A DNA stretch of 59,777 bases, filler included, from Sphacelaria rigidula (GCA_964200075.2; 8 parts of 8 records of this genome joined end to end with filler, not necessarily neighbours in it); one strand, 5' to 3'. Shown: positions 1 through 12,230, numbered from the whole stretch's first letter. Translations and numbers: made by a program. The notes: generated by a model from the sequence alone, not told the origin.

Positions 1-255
1 GAATGATCAAAGCCACTCTCAATCGTATCATCTACTCTCAATCTCACGAAAACACTGTTAATGGTCGGATTCTCAATAATAGTTTCGATTATTTTCCGAG
101 TCGTCGTTGGGCTATCTTATAAAATGGCTGCACACAAAAACGGCATGTTGTTGCCAGGTGGCTGGTGCAGCTGTACAGTGGTCGTCAGCACTATTTCGAA
201 CCTCAGATCAAGGAAATATTTGAGCCGAAACTTAACGGTTGGGATCTACGTTAGA

Positions 256-699
256 AACACGGGATCGCACAAATTGGGGATGGATCTTTTATTGGGGATG
301 AAAACCTGGAGAATTAAAATCTTCGTATCCATATCAATTCTTTGAAATATGCTTCTATTGCCTCACCTACTGATAGTTATTGACAACTGCTACACGCCAT
401 AGAAATTTAGGCTTCGACCACCAAAATGTTGGGGTCCTAGGTGAAAAACCAATTTCGGAACCATTTTGGCGTCCGTTCGGAACACCCGGAATTCCCAAAA
501 ATTGGTCTTCCCCCTGGGACCCCAACATTCCGGTGATCGAAATTCAAATTTCCATGGCGTGTAGCAGTTGTCAATAGCTGTCAGTAGGTGAAGAAATAAA
601 ACCATATTTCGAAGAATTGTTGTGGATACGAAGATTTGAATTCTCCGGGTTTCTCATCCCCCATGAATGATCCATCCCCAATTAGTAAGATTCCGTGTT
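256..699. mobile_element. 444-bp foldback MITE (AACAC...GTGTT termini, ~200-bp TIRs)
   Basis: Near-palindromic element flanked by exact 4-bp TSD TAGA (252-255, 700-703); same-length sibling at 46746-47189. Confidence 0.9.
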
Positions 700-907
700 T
701 AGAGTTTGCAAATATGTCAACCGTCTCACGCGATAACGAACTCGAATTACCGTGACCGACGACGTATTGACTTTTTTCTCGATATGAAAAGGCGAGATAT
801 GATACGCCAGTCATCAACCGGCACATTTAGCCTTGATACTCTTTCGTCTCGGGCTTGTGAACCCTATATTAGGGGCATCTGCTGACAATATATTCCAGTA
901 GAATTTA

Positions 908-1207
908 CCGGCGTTGGGCTACGTTTTAGAGTGATTGGTAATACTTGATTCGAGTGTAAACGACGAGAATCGGAATCCTAGTGGGGCTGACAATCTCGTG
1001 TGCTCCTCGGGTGCACAGAACGCATTTCCGTTGAAATCGGCGCCATAGGCTCCGATTTGGGGTCTACCAAGGTCGCACTTTGCCTAGGGAATGCCATGTA
1101 TCGCCCTTGCCCAAGGGTTCTCGGTATGCGTTGAGTTGGGGTTAGGGTTAGGGGTAGCGATACTTGTAAAATTGTATCAATCACTCTAAAACGTAGCCTA
1201 ACGATGG
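908..1207. mobile_element. ~300-bp MITE with ~30-bp TIRs, probably TTAA-targeting
   Basis: cgttgggctacgttttagagtgattgg is inverted at tcaatcactctaaaacgtagcctaacg; flanks TTTA / TTAA. Confidence 0.65.
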
Positions 1208-1211
1208 TTAA

Positions 1212-1313
1212 CCCTTAGACCGCGGTGCGGGTAGCCGATTCGGATTACGCATACATTTTTCAAGTCAAGATTGATGCCGATTCAGCAGGTGACCTACTCT
1301 TGCGGTCTAAGGG
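1212..1313. mobile_element. 102-bp piggyBac-type MITE
   Basis: TTAA-CCCTTAGACCGC...GCGGTCTAAGGG-TTAA; relatives at 15239-16386 (split by insertion) and ~31610-31705. Confidence 0.85.
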
Positions 1314-2136
1314 TTAACTAGCCTCTTATTATGCTACAAATCAACGTATCGTGTAACAATTTGAAAGGTGCATGTTACCGTCTTTCGAATAAGTTGTTGA
1401 CTCTCAGTCCGATCTGTTACTCTCAATCTCACGTCAACATTGTTAAGTGATGCTTCCCGATTACGCTAGCTACCTGATGGATATGCGCAGGCAGGGAAAA
1501 TCTAATCGAACGAGCGGAGCAAAACAACCCCCCAGGGGATCTCCGTAGACCTCCGACCTTGCGTCGGCGCGGCAACTGGCTCCTCCTGTGACGACAGCGG
1601 CCCACCCTTGTGGTGATCCCTGAAGTTGACGTCTCTCCAGGGTGCATTCCACGAAATCCTCAGAGCATCATATACAGGCCTTGTCTTCCTTGTTTCAATT
1701 TCACCCATATCTCCCGGTGGATTCTCCGAGCTGCACCATTATTTTCATTGACAATTTTGACTGCATTAGAGACCCTCAGTTCGATCTTAACACTTCGTGC
1801 CGTCTTCACGCGATGATCCTCGTTTCCCACGGTACCGTTGCTTGTACACACATCTCAATGCCGCGCGCACTTGGCATACGCCAAAAGCAACGCTCTTTGT
1901 GCTATTGCGCTTCGACGAAGTTTCCTTCTCAAAACAGCACCGCGCTGTCCTTGATTCACACGATGCTACACTGTACGGCACAGAAAGAATAAAACTGATC
2001 CGTCCCTCATGCTGTCCACGTGAGACGTCACCTCCAAACCCAGTAGCATTTACAACCTCTGTATTTGCTCCCTGGTGGCGATGCAATAGCTCCGATTGCG
2101 ATGGGACGGTGCCGTAGGTTTGTCGTATCCAGCTCA

Positions 2137-2237
2137 TCAAGCACTCAGCGGCCACGTGCGCCCGAACTTGTCGGGAATTGCGTACTCACGATCCCACACC
2201 CAAGGTCTGTCCCCGCCTTGATAATTGTAACGCGGTG
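2137..2237 (-). CDS. TDP1: TDP1 terminal exon (APRYNYQGGDRPWVWDREYAIPDKFGRTWPLSA*)
   Basis: AG acceptor, phase 1 continues from upstream exon; D-x-PW-x-W...PD-x-FG-x-x-W C-terminal TDP1 motif; stop at 2137. Confidence 0.88.
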
Positions 2238-2686
2238 CTGATGGGGCAAACCAAAGGACATCAGGCAATACGGCGAAGGCGACGTGGGTGGGGGTGTTGA
2301 AGTCCTCCGTGTAGATTAGACTGCAGTCCTTTCGAATGGTCAACTGGTTGATATCTTGCTGATGACATATTATGGCCAGTTTTTTCTTGGCGAGGGAAGA
2401 AGAGCAATGAGCTTGGCCTGGGCAAAAAACACCCTCTGGTCGCTTGTCTCAATAAATTCCCTTAACTTCCTTGAGGCATTTGCTCGAGGTCGACTCTGCC
2501 GCCCATCACAGGCCTAAACATCACAAGTACGTGCTCTAAACAGCTAAAGAGTAGTACAAGTTGCCGTCGAATACATCACCTAATACCGCCGCTCAAGACA
2601 CAAAGCAAATGTATATCCGCCCTACTGTTGGGCTGCACGATTTCCCGACATAATAAGCGCAAACAGTGCCTCTCCAGGGCCCTCAC

Positions 2687-2930
2687 CGGGTAACACGTAG
2701 GGAAGGGGCAGCTGGGCAAGCGGTATAGCCTTGCCCGCAGGAATACCGTAGCTAAGCGGCAGGCGCTGTGTCAGACCCATTTCCCCCGGCGTGCACGTAA
2801 ATTTCGTCGCATCCCGAGTATCACCCCCGTCAACACCATCACCCTCCCGGCCGTTCAGTTCCCCTCCGAGCAGACTGGGCAAAAACATCACCCCCATCTC
2901 GAACGACCTCACATTTAGCTGCGTAGAGTT
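2687..2930 (-). CDS. TDP1: TDP1 exon (NSTQLNVRSFEMGVMFLP...LPLPYVLP)
   Basis: AG/GT boundaries, phase 0 to 1; matches the conserved IRSYELGVLF and PxPY motifs. Confidence 0.9.
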
Positions 2931-3223
2931 CTGCCCGAGAGGGAAAAGTTAGGGACATGGTCGGAGTCGGTCTCGTTGATGGGTCTGAGAATTCCGCAAC
3001 CTAGCTGCATGCGACACGGACTCCTGGCAGCAAGCTTTGGGAAGTCATCTACATACCGCCCCGCTGCATGGCGTGAGCACTTCACATGTCCAGAAACCAA
3101 GGATTGAAGGGCAGGAAATGGAGACAATGTGCACTGTAGTTAGTGACGTGTTCAACGTCCCTCTCGGAATAGCTGCGAGGGGGTGCTCAAGAGAGATTCA
3201 ACACCAAGCACGGTAATATTCAC

Positions 3224-3315
3224 CTTGTCCAGGAAACCCCAAGCTGAGCGGCTGAGATTGCTGCTGGTGAGAAGGAACCACGCCACTTCGTCGCCGTCTA
3301 GTCGTGCTTCACCCC
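3224..3315 (-). CDS. TDP1: TDP1 exon (EVAWFLLTSSNLSRSAWGFLDK)
   Basis: AG/GT boundaries; second-domain WFLLTSANLSKAAWG motif. Not in the supplied ORF track. Confidence 0.92.
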
Positions 3316-3828
3316 CTACGATCATACAAACATTAATCGATATCGTACCAGAATAGGATCATATCATATAATAATAATGTTAGTGGGGTCCACGAGTGCA
3401 GCAATACAAAGCATGGGGAGGTGTCCAAAGCGCACTTGTATGGGTTGGGAATGTCGGCCTTAGATAGCTGCATACTGCATGAAACACCCCCACAACTGCA
3501 CAAAAAATGGCGAAAACATTCGGCGAAGGAAGAGCAAGTATGCCTTCTTGTTGGAAAACGGCATGATCCGTCTTGATAGTGGGTGAACGCGCGGCACACT
3601 CCCAGGGCGAACATGCACTTTAGATGGAAAGTACACTGGCCAAATTGCTTGATGTGGTCCCTTTTTTCTCGTAAGCATCTATTTTCGCCCTCGCTACTCA
3701 CAGGATTATCAAAACACCTACACAGATGCACACAGTAAGATTTACAACGACAACGTCAGCACAACCAACAACAGCGCCATATCTACGAGAGTTTGTAATG
3801 AGAGCACGCCTTCGAATCTCTCACCCAC

Positions 3829-4025
3829 CGGTTCCGCGTGTTTCTCGGTATCGCACGTACGACTTGATGTGCGGAGCATTGATGGTCCTGTTCACAGCGG
3901 GATTCCCTTGCCACCTACGCAGCAGGTCTTGCAGCTCGGGCCGTGGCTCGTTACGCTCGAAACGGCGCATGTCGGGTCTGTTGAACCCCCCTCCAAACAT
4001 ATCGTTTGTACGACACGGGATCGAC
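3829..4025 (-). CDS. TDP1: TDP1 exon with second catalytic HxK (APHIKSYVRY)
   Basis: AG acceptor, GTGGGT donor giving consistent phase; PHIK motif. Confidence 0.9.
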
Positions 4026-4463
4026 CTGGAAACAGGAAGTAGTCGACGAGAAATGCAAGCAGAGAGATGATACAGCAAAATCGATCCGGGAGGGGCGGGG
4101 AGGTAGCGGTAGCTGGACGGTGTTGCTGGACGCATCCCGTGGGCGTGGGGGGCATCGATACGCATCGAGATGACCCGCCAACAAGAGAGGCAACGTGGAC
4201 AGCAAGAGAAGGGTAATATATAACAAACATGAACACGAGTATGTCATACAACCACGTGCATAGACAGGCTGACAGGACACACCGACTCACCGTCAAAAAG
4301 AGACGAGAGCGACGAGCGTTCAGACGTACGTACTTGACAAAGAGAAGGGCCCAACTGGAGACGTACAGCACACCAGCGACGCACGAATAGATATACGCAC
4401 AGGTAGAGCACAGGCAGGGCGAAACTGAGGCACACGCAGAGACAAATATACTCTGGGACTCAC

Positions 4464-4666
4464 CCGCCTGCAGCCCAACCCGTGCTCGATGCGCGCACAG
4501 ATTCGGTCGTGGGCCACACCAATCTCAAGCGCTCCTTCAGCACGCTCCCCGACGATGAGACCGAGGATGAGCTTGCGCCGTCGCCGACCTTGTTCCGGCG
4601 ATCCTCCCGCTCACCGTCTTTTTTTTGCGCCATGAACGACGTAAGCAGCTCCATCAACCACTGGTT
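4464..4666 (-). CDS. TDP1: TDP1 exon (NQWLMELLTSF...LVWPTTESVRASSTGWAAGG)
   Basis: AG/GTGAGT boundaries; matches the IxPTxxxVRxSxxGYxAGGS motif. Confidence 0.9.
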
Positions 4667-5054
4667 CTGGAGCAACCGTTGTGCATCCAAAAAGCGGTCT
4701 GAGAAACACCAGGGGGCGGTGCACGAGAAAACTCACAACGCAAGGCCGGCCTATTACCGTAGTTTCTACCCGAGTGTCAGATTTCGCCACACCCTGCCCT
4801 GTCGTACCACCCATAGCGTATCCGTCTTGCTCAACCTCCGCCGATATCTGACAGTTAATGGAAATCAGTATCTCTGAAGGCTGGAGCTACACCGGTAGGT
4901 AACCCTGTAGATTCATTTACGCGAACGACCGAATTGCCGAAGCCAAAGAGCAAAATTACCTTGGTGAAGGCCAATGACATACGTGAACAGACGCACTACT
5001 CAATAGGTTACCCAATACGGGTCCGCAAACATGACGCGACAGCAAGCCACTGAC

Positions 5055-5265
5055 CGGATCGTTGGTGAGCGACGCGAAACTGCTGAACTGAAAAGAAATC
5101 TTGTGATTCCCTTCCTCCAGCAACACAGGCTCATTCTCCAGCAGTGCCCTAACGCGCATGTGGCCGTACTTGTTGAGGTGGGGACCCTTGTGTTTCGGCT
5201 TCGTACCCGGTACGCTCGGAACCAAAGCTACCGTCGCTGACGTGAAATCGTACTGCCTCAGTGAG
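5055..5265 (-). CDS. TDP1: TDP1 exon (YDFTSATVALVPSVPG...YGHMRVR...QFSSFASL)
   Basis: AG/GT boundaries; DFS, SVPG, GH and QFSS motifs of TDP1. Confidence 0.92.
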
Positions 5266-5713
5266 CTGCGTAATAAACAGGGTAGTACGGGCAAAATAAA
5301 CGCTGGCGGTTGTAGGCAAGCTGGTGCGGGTGATGTCGTGGGGGTTGGGACGAGGTGAGAGAATGGAACATGGCCCAAAACATTTTGAAATTTTATACGT
5401 GAGGTGGATGATATCATCGTCAGCAAAATATTACAAAACTACTTTGCTCGTTCTGTGAAAACGGTCTTGTGAAACGGAAAAAAAAAACAGAGTGGAGGAG
5501 AAACAGCCGAGAACAGCCAATCATCACGCCGAATAAACCAGACAAAACGAGAAAGTGAAGATAGGAGAAGAAAAGGCGAGCACCGCCAGCATCGCGCAAA
5601 GGAATCCCTAGGTTTTTAAGCAGCGTAATGCCTGGCCGCCTCTTAGTCAACGACGAGGGCGCAGTCAAAAACACACCACAGAAACAACGGCTGGAGTCAG
5701 CCTTCATTCACAC

Positions 5714-5769
5714 CTTGCGAACGTTTTGGCAGGTCCCCCGAGATTGTTCACATAGTCCACCAGGGTATC
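5714..5769 (-). CDS. TDP1: TDP1 56-bp exon (DTLVDYVNNLGGPAKTFA)
   Basis: CAG acceptor and GT donor; phase 0 to 2 exactly links the flanking exons; LxxY motif follows the upstream FE. Confidence 0.8.
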
Positions 5770-6945
5770 CTGCGTTTCAAGGAAAGTTCGGGAACCGCGC
5801 ACAACAGACTTTGAAGGGGCGTCCTTGGCCGCTCCTTGACAGTGTTATTTTGCTGCGGGTTTTGGTTCCAGCCCTTCGATCGCCAATTTTGTCTCGGAAC
5901 AGTACTGCCGGCTGGCGGTCCACAAGTTTCCATGGATGGAGGGGGTCCTTTCGAGGGGGGGAGAGGGATAGAATTCCGGTTCCCGAATTCCCTGAGATTC
6001 CCAGATAAACCATGCATGTTTCAACGGATTTCCAGGTTGGGCAGCAGGCCTCAGGGAAGTGAAGTTACCGATAACTCCAATGATTTTGATTTGTCGCACA
6101 CACCATGTTCCCGTACAAATCGCTCGATATCGCTGTGGAAAGCGATGGCAGGGTCTGTTTTGTACCGTCATGTATAGCCGCTGATGAATCAAGCTTATAT
6201 GTACGGTACAGCAACAGTAGACAATGAGATTATACGACATACGTGTCACATCAACACGTGCTCGATGTGTTTCGAAAGTACAAAGACTGCCAAAGCATAG
6301 CAGGCAGATGGTATGTTCGCGTATATCGCAGCAGCGGCTGGCAGTGTGCGCCACTGGCGCCATGAACACATGTGTCAGGCGAAAATGGCTCATTCATCAC
6401 GTCCACGCCCCTGACTTTGCTCCAAGCTGGTCAGGTTTATCTAAACTATTTTCTACACAAATGCTCACCATCCACGTGTTGATGTAATCAGGCGTGCTGT
6501 CACTTGAAAAATAATAGTCCCCAACCGAACTTGACAGTGAGCGATTTCTGGCATTCGGGTTAGAGATCGAAGTCGAAGGAGTTGCCTTGTGCATAGTGGA
6601 GATACCATAGTTGCGCATGCCCAACGTTGTTCAATCTTCGCATGAATCAGTAATTACCCAAGGACGACACGGTAATCTCACACGTACACATGACATGCCA
6701 TAGCCAAGCACACGAGGCGAGGGACCTGCTATGTCTGCATTCGTCTTACTTCGTAGAGCTACTCGGGGTGATCATTGATTAATTCTCCCGTATCATTCTA
6801 CCAAAGTGCGCCTTCTGCTGATTGTACATACAAGTCCAAGAGTACTTTTCACCTCCTGGGGCAACACTAGCACAATCCTCAGCACTCTTTTCGCGCCAAC
6901 GTGATACCATAATGAGACAAATAGCGGTGCATCATTGCGTCGCAC

Positions 6946-7116
6946 CTCAAAGTCGCACGTTCGTGAGCATCCGAGGGGGAACTCCTGGTACCATACTCCT
7001 TGGCTCTTGCCCGACACGTCTTGCTCGATAAAGTTCGCCGTCAGGACCACGACACGCACGCCACGAGCAAACTTGAGCAGCATCATTTTAGCGTGATGGG
7101 TGCCGTAGTGCGGGAG
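6946..7116 (-). CDS. TDP1: TDP1 exon with first catalytic HxK (YGTHHAKMMLL...TANF...QGVWYQEFP); gene 5' end lost at contig edge
   Basis: 171-bp phase 0-0 exon; classic GTHHxKM / TAN / QGxW motifs of tyrosyl-DNA phosphodiesterase 1. Confidence 0.95.
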
Positions 7117-7328
7117 CTGGCGGGATCGAGGAACAGAGGGACGCATGAAACAGAAAGCATAAAAATAAACTGCAAGGAACTACGATACATGCTTCCTTCT
7201 CTCACAACTCGTCGTCAATGACCTGGGGCAATGATCGCAGTGTCGGGTCGTGTTTTTCCGTCATTATGTTCATGTGCAGCCGTGGTCTACGGTGTATTGA
7301 GCCGCACAATAAGGGGCGGGGGGGGGGA

Positions 7329-7385
7329 GCGTACTCATCTGTTGCTTGCCTTAGTCGTTTGGCCACTGACCACGCATCCCTTTCG
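7329..7385. repeat. 66-bp G-tract-associated interspersed element, copy truncated at contig end
   Basis: gcgtactca..tgttgcttgccttagtcgttt..accacgcatccctttcg, shared with five other copies. Confidence 0.9.
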
Positions 7386-7485
7386 NNNNNNNNNNNNNNN
7401 NNNNNNNNNNNNNNNNNNNNNNNNNNNNNTTAATTAATTAANNNNNNNNNNNNNNNNNNNNNNNNNNNNNNNNNNNNNNNNNNNN
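7386..7485. other. Artificial contig linker N44-TTAATTAATTAA-N44 (also 14871-14970, 22356-22455, 29841-29940, 37326-37425, 44810-44909, 52294-52393)
   Basis: Seven identical 100-bp spacers carrying six-frame stop codons; the contigs between them are 7385 or 7384 bp. Confidence 0.99.
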
Positions 7486-7894
7486 GCCGAGTGTTGGTCC
7501 CACATTCACTCGAGGGTGGATAACATATAACATATTGTGCAGTGCAGGCATCTTGCGCGCATTTAATGTTTGAGAAAAGTGTGTGTGGTTCAGGCCCCAT
7601 GACTGCAGATTAATTAACCTTGTTGACTTAGGTAGGTCCCGCATTCATCCGAAGGTGGGAAACATATATCAGCGCTCACGTCGAACTTGTCGCGCATGGC
7701 GTGCATGTACAAGCCATTCACGCCTCGAGTGACGAAGAAGGGTTGACTGCGTGAATTACATCACGCCTTCAGTCATGAAAAATGGTTGACAGCGTGAATT
7801 ACAACTGATGTACAAACCGCATGATTTATTCATGGAGATGATGACTTTGAGTCGACTCACGAGTTGATTTGTCCTAACCGTGGAATATTCCAAA

Positions 7895-8120
7895 TCGTAC
7901 CCAACATACCCTAGAAGTTGGGTACAGTATTGAGGTCATACCCAAGTGATACTGTATACCCAGGCATTGCTGAGAGTGTCTACCCAATACTTTGGGACGG
8001 TATTTGAGGCCGTACCCAATCTACTCAAATTTGGATGGAGTATTCGAGGCCGTACTGGATATACCTATCATTAGGTTTTGGTAAAGTATTGAGGTAATGT
8101 ACCCAAGTGATATACTAAAA
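7895..8120. repeat. Degenerate minisatellite (tattgaggtc..tacccaa motif)
   Basis: About five imperfect recurrences of gtattgagg..gtaccc(aa). Confidence 0.6.
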
Positions 8121-8282
8121 TCAAGTGTATCCGAAGGAATGAAAAGAAGTGGGCAATTTACAGTATAGAATGTCGTCGAACAGTCCGTCTACTTTTCGGG
8201 GGCTAATCCCCCCCCCACCCCCCCCCTGGCGCTGGTACCTACGGCGCTGCTGCGACGTGCGTCAGCCGTGGTTCACCACTAG

Positions 8283-8313
<31 letters not shown>

Positions 8314-8494
8314 AGTTTCTCATGACTCAATTCAATGCGTGTGCTCCTACCGCCGGACTTTACGTTATGATACTCCTCCATGCATCCACATATTGTGAAT
8401 CCATGTTAACTGACAACCATACCTCCTTCGTTCTACTCTTGTTGCTGATGTTTTTTTTTTTCTGTCTACCCGTTTTGACATTCTCCCCCACCAG

Positions 8495-8663
8495 ATGGCC
8501 TTTGGATGAAACGTGGGATTACACGCACACCGATTCCATAGGTGACTCGGGCACTATCTGCGATTGGAGCAACGTCAGGGGAGGAACGAACGATCTCCCG
8601 AAATGTGTTCAGGGGATCTGTGGAGGGCACAGAGAGCGAGATCTTCTGCCCTTCAAAATCAGG
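8495..8663 (+). CDS. Exon of tyrosinase/di-copper-centre-like stramenopile protein (WDY...CDWSNV...LPKCVQGICGGHRERDLLPF)
   Basis: Polypyrimidine tract plus CAG acceptor, GTACGT donor; Cys/His motif recalled from algal tyrosinase-like C-termini. Confidence 0.7.
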
Positions 8664-9389
8664 GTACGTGTTCCTTTTCTTTCTCTCTTTCCTCTTTTTT
8701 ATTTTTCTTGTTTTCTTTTTTTTGCTTTCTACAACTGCACCATGTTGTGCTATTTAGTGTCTTAGTCTTTGGCCGTTACTCTTCAAAGATACGTCTTCGC
8801 TGCTGTAGCTAAGAGACACGTCCATCGGTGACAGGGTTGGATGCAGATGGGCATATATTACTCTACTTCACTGTGCGGTGCGGTGCAATACTGCGCTGCC
8901 TTACATTACCTCTATCCTCTGTACTGACTTTTAGCCGGTGAGATGTGCGTAATGACCTGCACAGTTCTAGGTGCGTGGAAGAATCGAATTAAAAAGCATG
9001 TGTGCCATTCTCTGCACAAACTGTATACTCGCAGAACGCGCTCTTGGCCGTTCGCGAGAGGTGTGGTGGGACTCAACAAGGGTTGATGCTTTGTATTCTG
9101 GTGATGTCGACTTCGTTCGAAATAAGATGCTGGAGAGCAGGTCGGCAGAAATCGTGTCCCTATTTATACTCACGTCCTTTTTTTTTTTTTTCTCGTCTTT
9201 CTCACTTTCCTGTCTACCTCTGTCTGCCTGTCTGTATGTATGTATCTCCCTTTTTCTCTGCCTCTCTGTATTTCCTCCTCTCTCTCTCTCTCTCTCTCTC
9301 TCTTTCCTCTCCTTCTCTTTTCCCCCCTCTCTCGGTACGCTTCATATTGCGTTTAACGGACGGACGAACGCTTCGTACGAACGCGGCAG

Positions 9390-9499
9390 CTCGAGGGCGA
9401 GACGGTGCAACTGACTAACGCAGAGTGGATGGACCTACTTTACCCAGAAAATGAAGCGCTGCCCTACATGTACGACGAGTTCAAATGGGATCACTGCAC
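9390..9499 (+). CDS. Next exon of the same protein (LEGETVQLTNAEWMDLLYPENEALPYMYDEFKWDHC)
   Basis: CAG acceptor in phase 0 with the previous exon, GTGAGT donor; LPYxYD tyrosine motif typical of the tyrosinase core end. Not in the ORF track. Confidence 0.72.
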
Positions 9500-10875
9500 G
9501 TGAGTACACTACACTCATACCAACATGTACATCCATCATTTCACCAAACCCTCGAGGGTCAGGTGGCCCGAAGTCGACCCGAGGTCGACCGCTGGAAAAA
9601 CACCGAACGTGCAGTGTCATCATCACGATTGTGCTGGTAGTCGTCGATCTTGGAGTGGAGGACACAGTATGGAACCAAATCTACTACTCGTGCCTTATGT
9701 TTTCAGCGGTACTGTACCACGTTCAAGTTTGTCCTGTGATTATAATTCTGTATGTGGAGGTGGAGTGTTTCCCTACCCATATTCGCTTATCGGAGAGTAT
9801 TGCCGGGATGAGCACAGCACCCAGGAAGACGTGTGAGTCATTTTTCGCTCAAGCAAGTACTGGGACTTCCCACCGAACCCCTTACCGCACAATACGGTGA
9901 TTCGACCCTAGACTTGTTTTTTGTACATGCCCCGTCCCGGTTTTGTAGGAGCGCACCCCCGATGGGGTTGGCGTCGGTTGGCGATGACGCTGTAAAACAC
10001 CCTACTAACTGCGTATTCTGGGCAACAGGGTTGCCATTTTTATTTGCGCGCCTGCGTTTTTTTTTTGCGGTAACCACAGTGGTAGTCGAGCTAGGTCATG
10101 TTGTGCGGCGTGGGACAACCGCAACTCCGCACAACGGGGATGAACGAAGCATTGAAATGGTGAGGCACCCATGAGGCAGTGTGCATGTACGCCGTGGCTG
10201 TCTTTGAAAGTGGCGATACCAGAAATAAAGCAACTCACTGTTGGCTGTCATCCTAATGCAAGATAATCAGTAGGCTTTGGGCCGAACAATGTTGGCAGGA
10301 TGCAGCTTACCCTTCTTGCGACCCGCCGAGCACACCACGGTTCTTCGCTCTTGGTGATTGATTGCGAGCCTGGTCCGGCGAAAACCCGGCGTGCTCCGTC
10401 CCGACTTTGTAGGGATGTGAGGTCCATGGTCATGTGACTATGGCATGCATGATCATGAGTGCACCCCCAACAACAGATCGGGTTCCATGCAGCAACTCGG
10501 TTGAATTCGGTTGCAGGGTTCGATTTCGTATGTATTTATGTGTGAACGTGTGTGCCGTGTCCTGGGAGCTGTCCGGTCGATGGGGTCGGCCTTGGGTGTC
10601 GTCTGCAAATCATTTATTCTCCCCTTCCCATTCATCCCTTCCTTCTCCTGGGACCGATGCTCACGTGCTTCTGGTCCCTTTCAAAATGGGCTTGCTCTGC
10701 TCTTATTATGATATGTCTGCTGTTGTTGGCGTTCGCTGCATCATGCCCTTTTGCTTGGTTGTCTGCCGGAACACAGGTCCTCGGGGTACGACTTTGGAAT
10801 CTAGCTGGAAGTATCGGGGAGGGCGAAAGCAATGCTTTCACGACGGACGATAACTCCTCCCTAACATGAAGGATA

Positions 10876-11190
10876 CTTTATTTTCATTATTTTTTTGATT
10901 GTCGCACTTCGAACCCCTCCCCTTGCTCGGGATGAGTTCGTGATCTCGAGGGATCAGTCCCTCTCTCCCCGGTACACGCCTTGCAATATGGTCTCGCGGA
11001 TTGTGTCAGCACTCCCGCACCGCGTCAACTCACGTCAAACAAACTCAATCAACTCCTTTGTTGACTCACGTTCTGACGCTTTCCACGGTGGAAGTAAGAT
11101 AATACGAAGAAAAAACCCAACGCATCGGGAATCGAAACCTCGTTCTCTCTACCCTGATGGCAACAGTCGGATCATCATTCCACCGGGGCG
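10876..11190 (-). mobile_element. tRNA-headed SINE, family A
   Basis: Minus-strand B-box-like GTTTCGATTCC head and A-rich 3' tail; body shared with 20345-20540, 22250-22355 and 38590-38672. Confidence 0.7.
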
Positions 11191-12230
11191 CGGCGGCAAC
11201 GGACAAGAATCGTGTATATACCCTGGGGGGTTAGAGAGCTGAACAAGGGTTCAAAGAGAAGTCAAATTAGTCTCGTGGTTAAGGGTGAAGGGCTGGTGAA
11301 CGAAGGTCATCTGCGCAGATTCTTGGATGTTCAGGCGTGACGTGCTTAAGATTGCATCGAAGTGGTCTTTTCCCTTCTTCATGTCAAGAAACGAAAACTG
11401 AGCTTACACTGTAGTGTAGTTGGTCATGAAGCGTAGTAGTACAAATGCCCACCCGTTCCCCTCGCCATGCCAAGTATTTTCCGCGATCTCGACCTTTTTA
11501 TTTTTTTCTCCCAAATCATGACGGCGGTTGCGCACATTGCATGCGGATTCTGCCGAGCGGGGTGTAATTTATACTGGAAAGCATATCACTACGTGTGTCT
11601 CGACCGCTTTCCGATTGATGCAGCGTGGGGCATTCGATTCGGTTGGTGAACGCCGGAGGTTTTTACTCGGTGGGGAAAATCAGCTTCCCTTTCTTCCTTT
11701 GCACGTCATGATATTATTATCGTTCAGCGTGTGTGTAGGTATATACTTGTTATTATCGTCTGGCGTGTGTGAATGTGAATGCTTCCCGTGTGTGTGTTAC
11801 ACTTCTACTTCACGTACGATACGGGGCGTAATCGCGGCAAGAACAAGGCGGCAAGTTCTGGGTACCGGTCCCTTGAGCTGGGCGTTCCGTATCATATGTC
11901 GCATCTTGGCCCTACTTTGCCTCGGCGCGTTCAGAGTGGGTACTCGTGTATGACGGTGCCGCAAGAGTAGCTGATTCATCTTCGATATTTCTGCTTTCCT
12001 GTAGTGGATTGTTATATTCACGCTCTAGTCCTTGCGAAAGTACACGTTTTCGGAAGAAGAGATCGTTTCGTGTGTCTGGGATTGAGCCAGTACACGTGCC
12101 GCTCACTCTACTGCAGGCGTGTGTCTGGGATTGTTGGCTCCTTTGGAGTCCAGAATACTATCACGGTTGCACGTTGGAGCTGTGTGTTTGTTGCATCCTA
12201 GGTAGTAGGTTGCTTTTACAGTTGAAGCCG

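Noticed and set aside
1136..1157. Telomeric TTAGGG tract
   Set aside because: Only about two perfect units, inside a MITE; not a telomere.
7430..7441. Recurrent TTAATTAATTAA motif
   Set aside because: Synthetic six-frame-stop linker inside N gaps.
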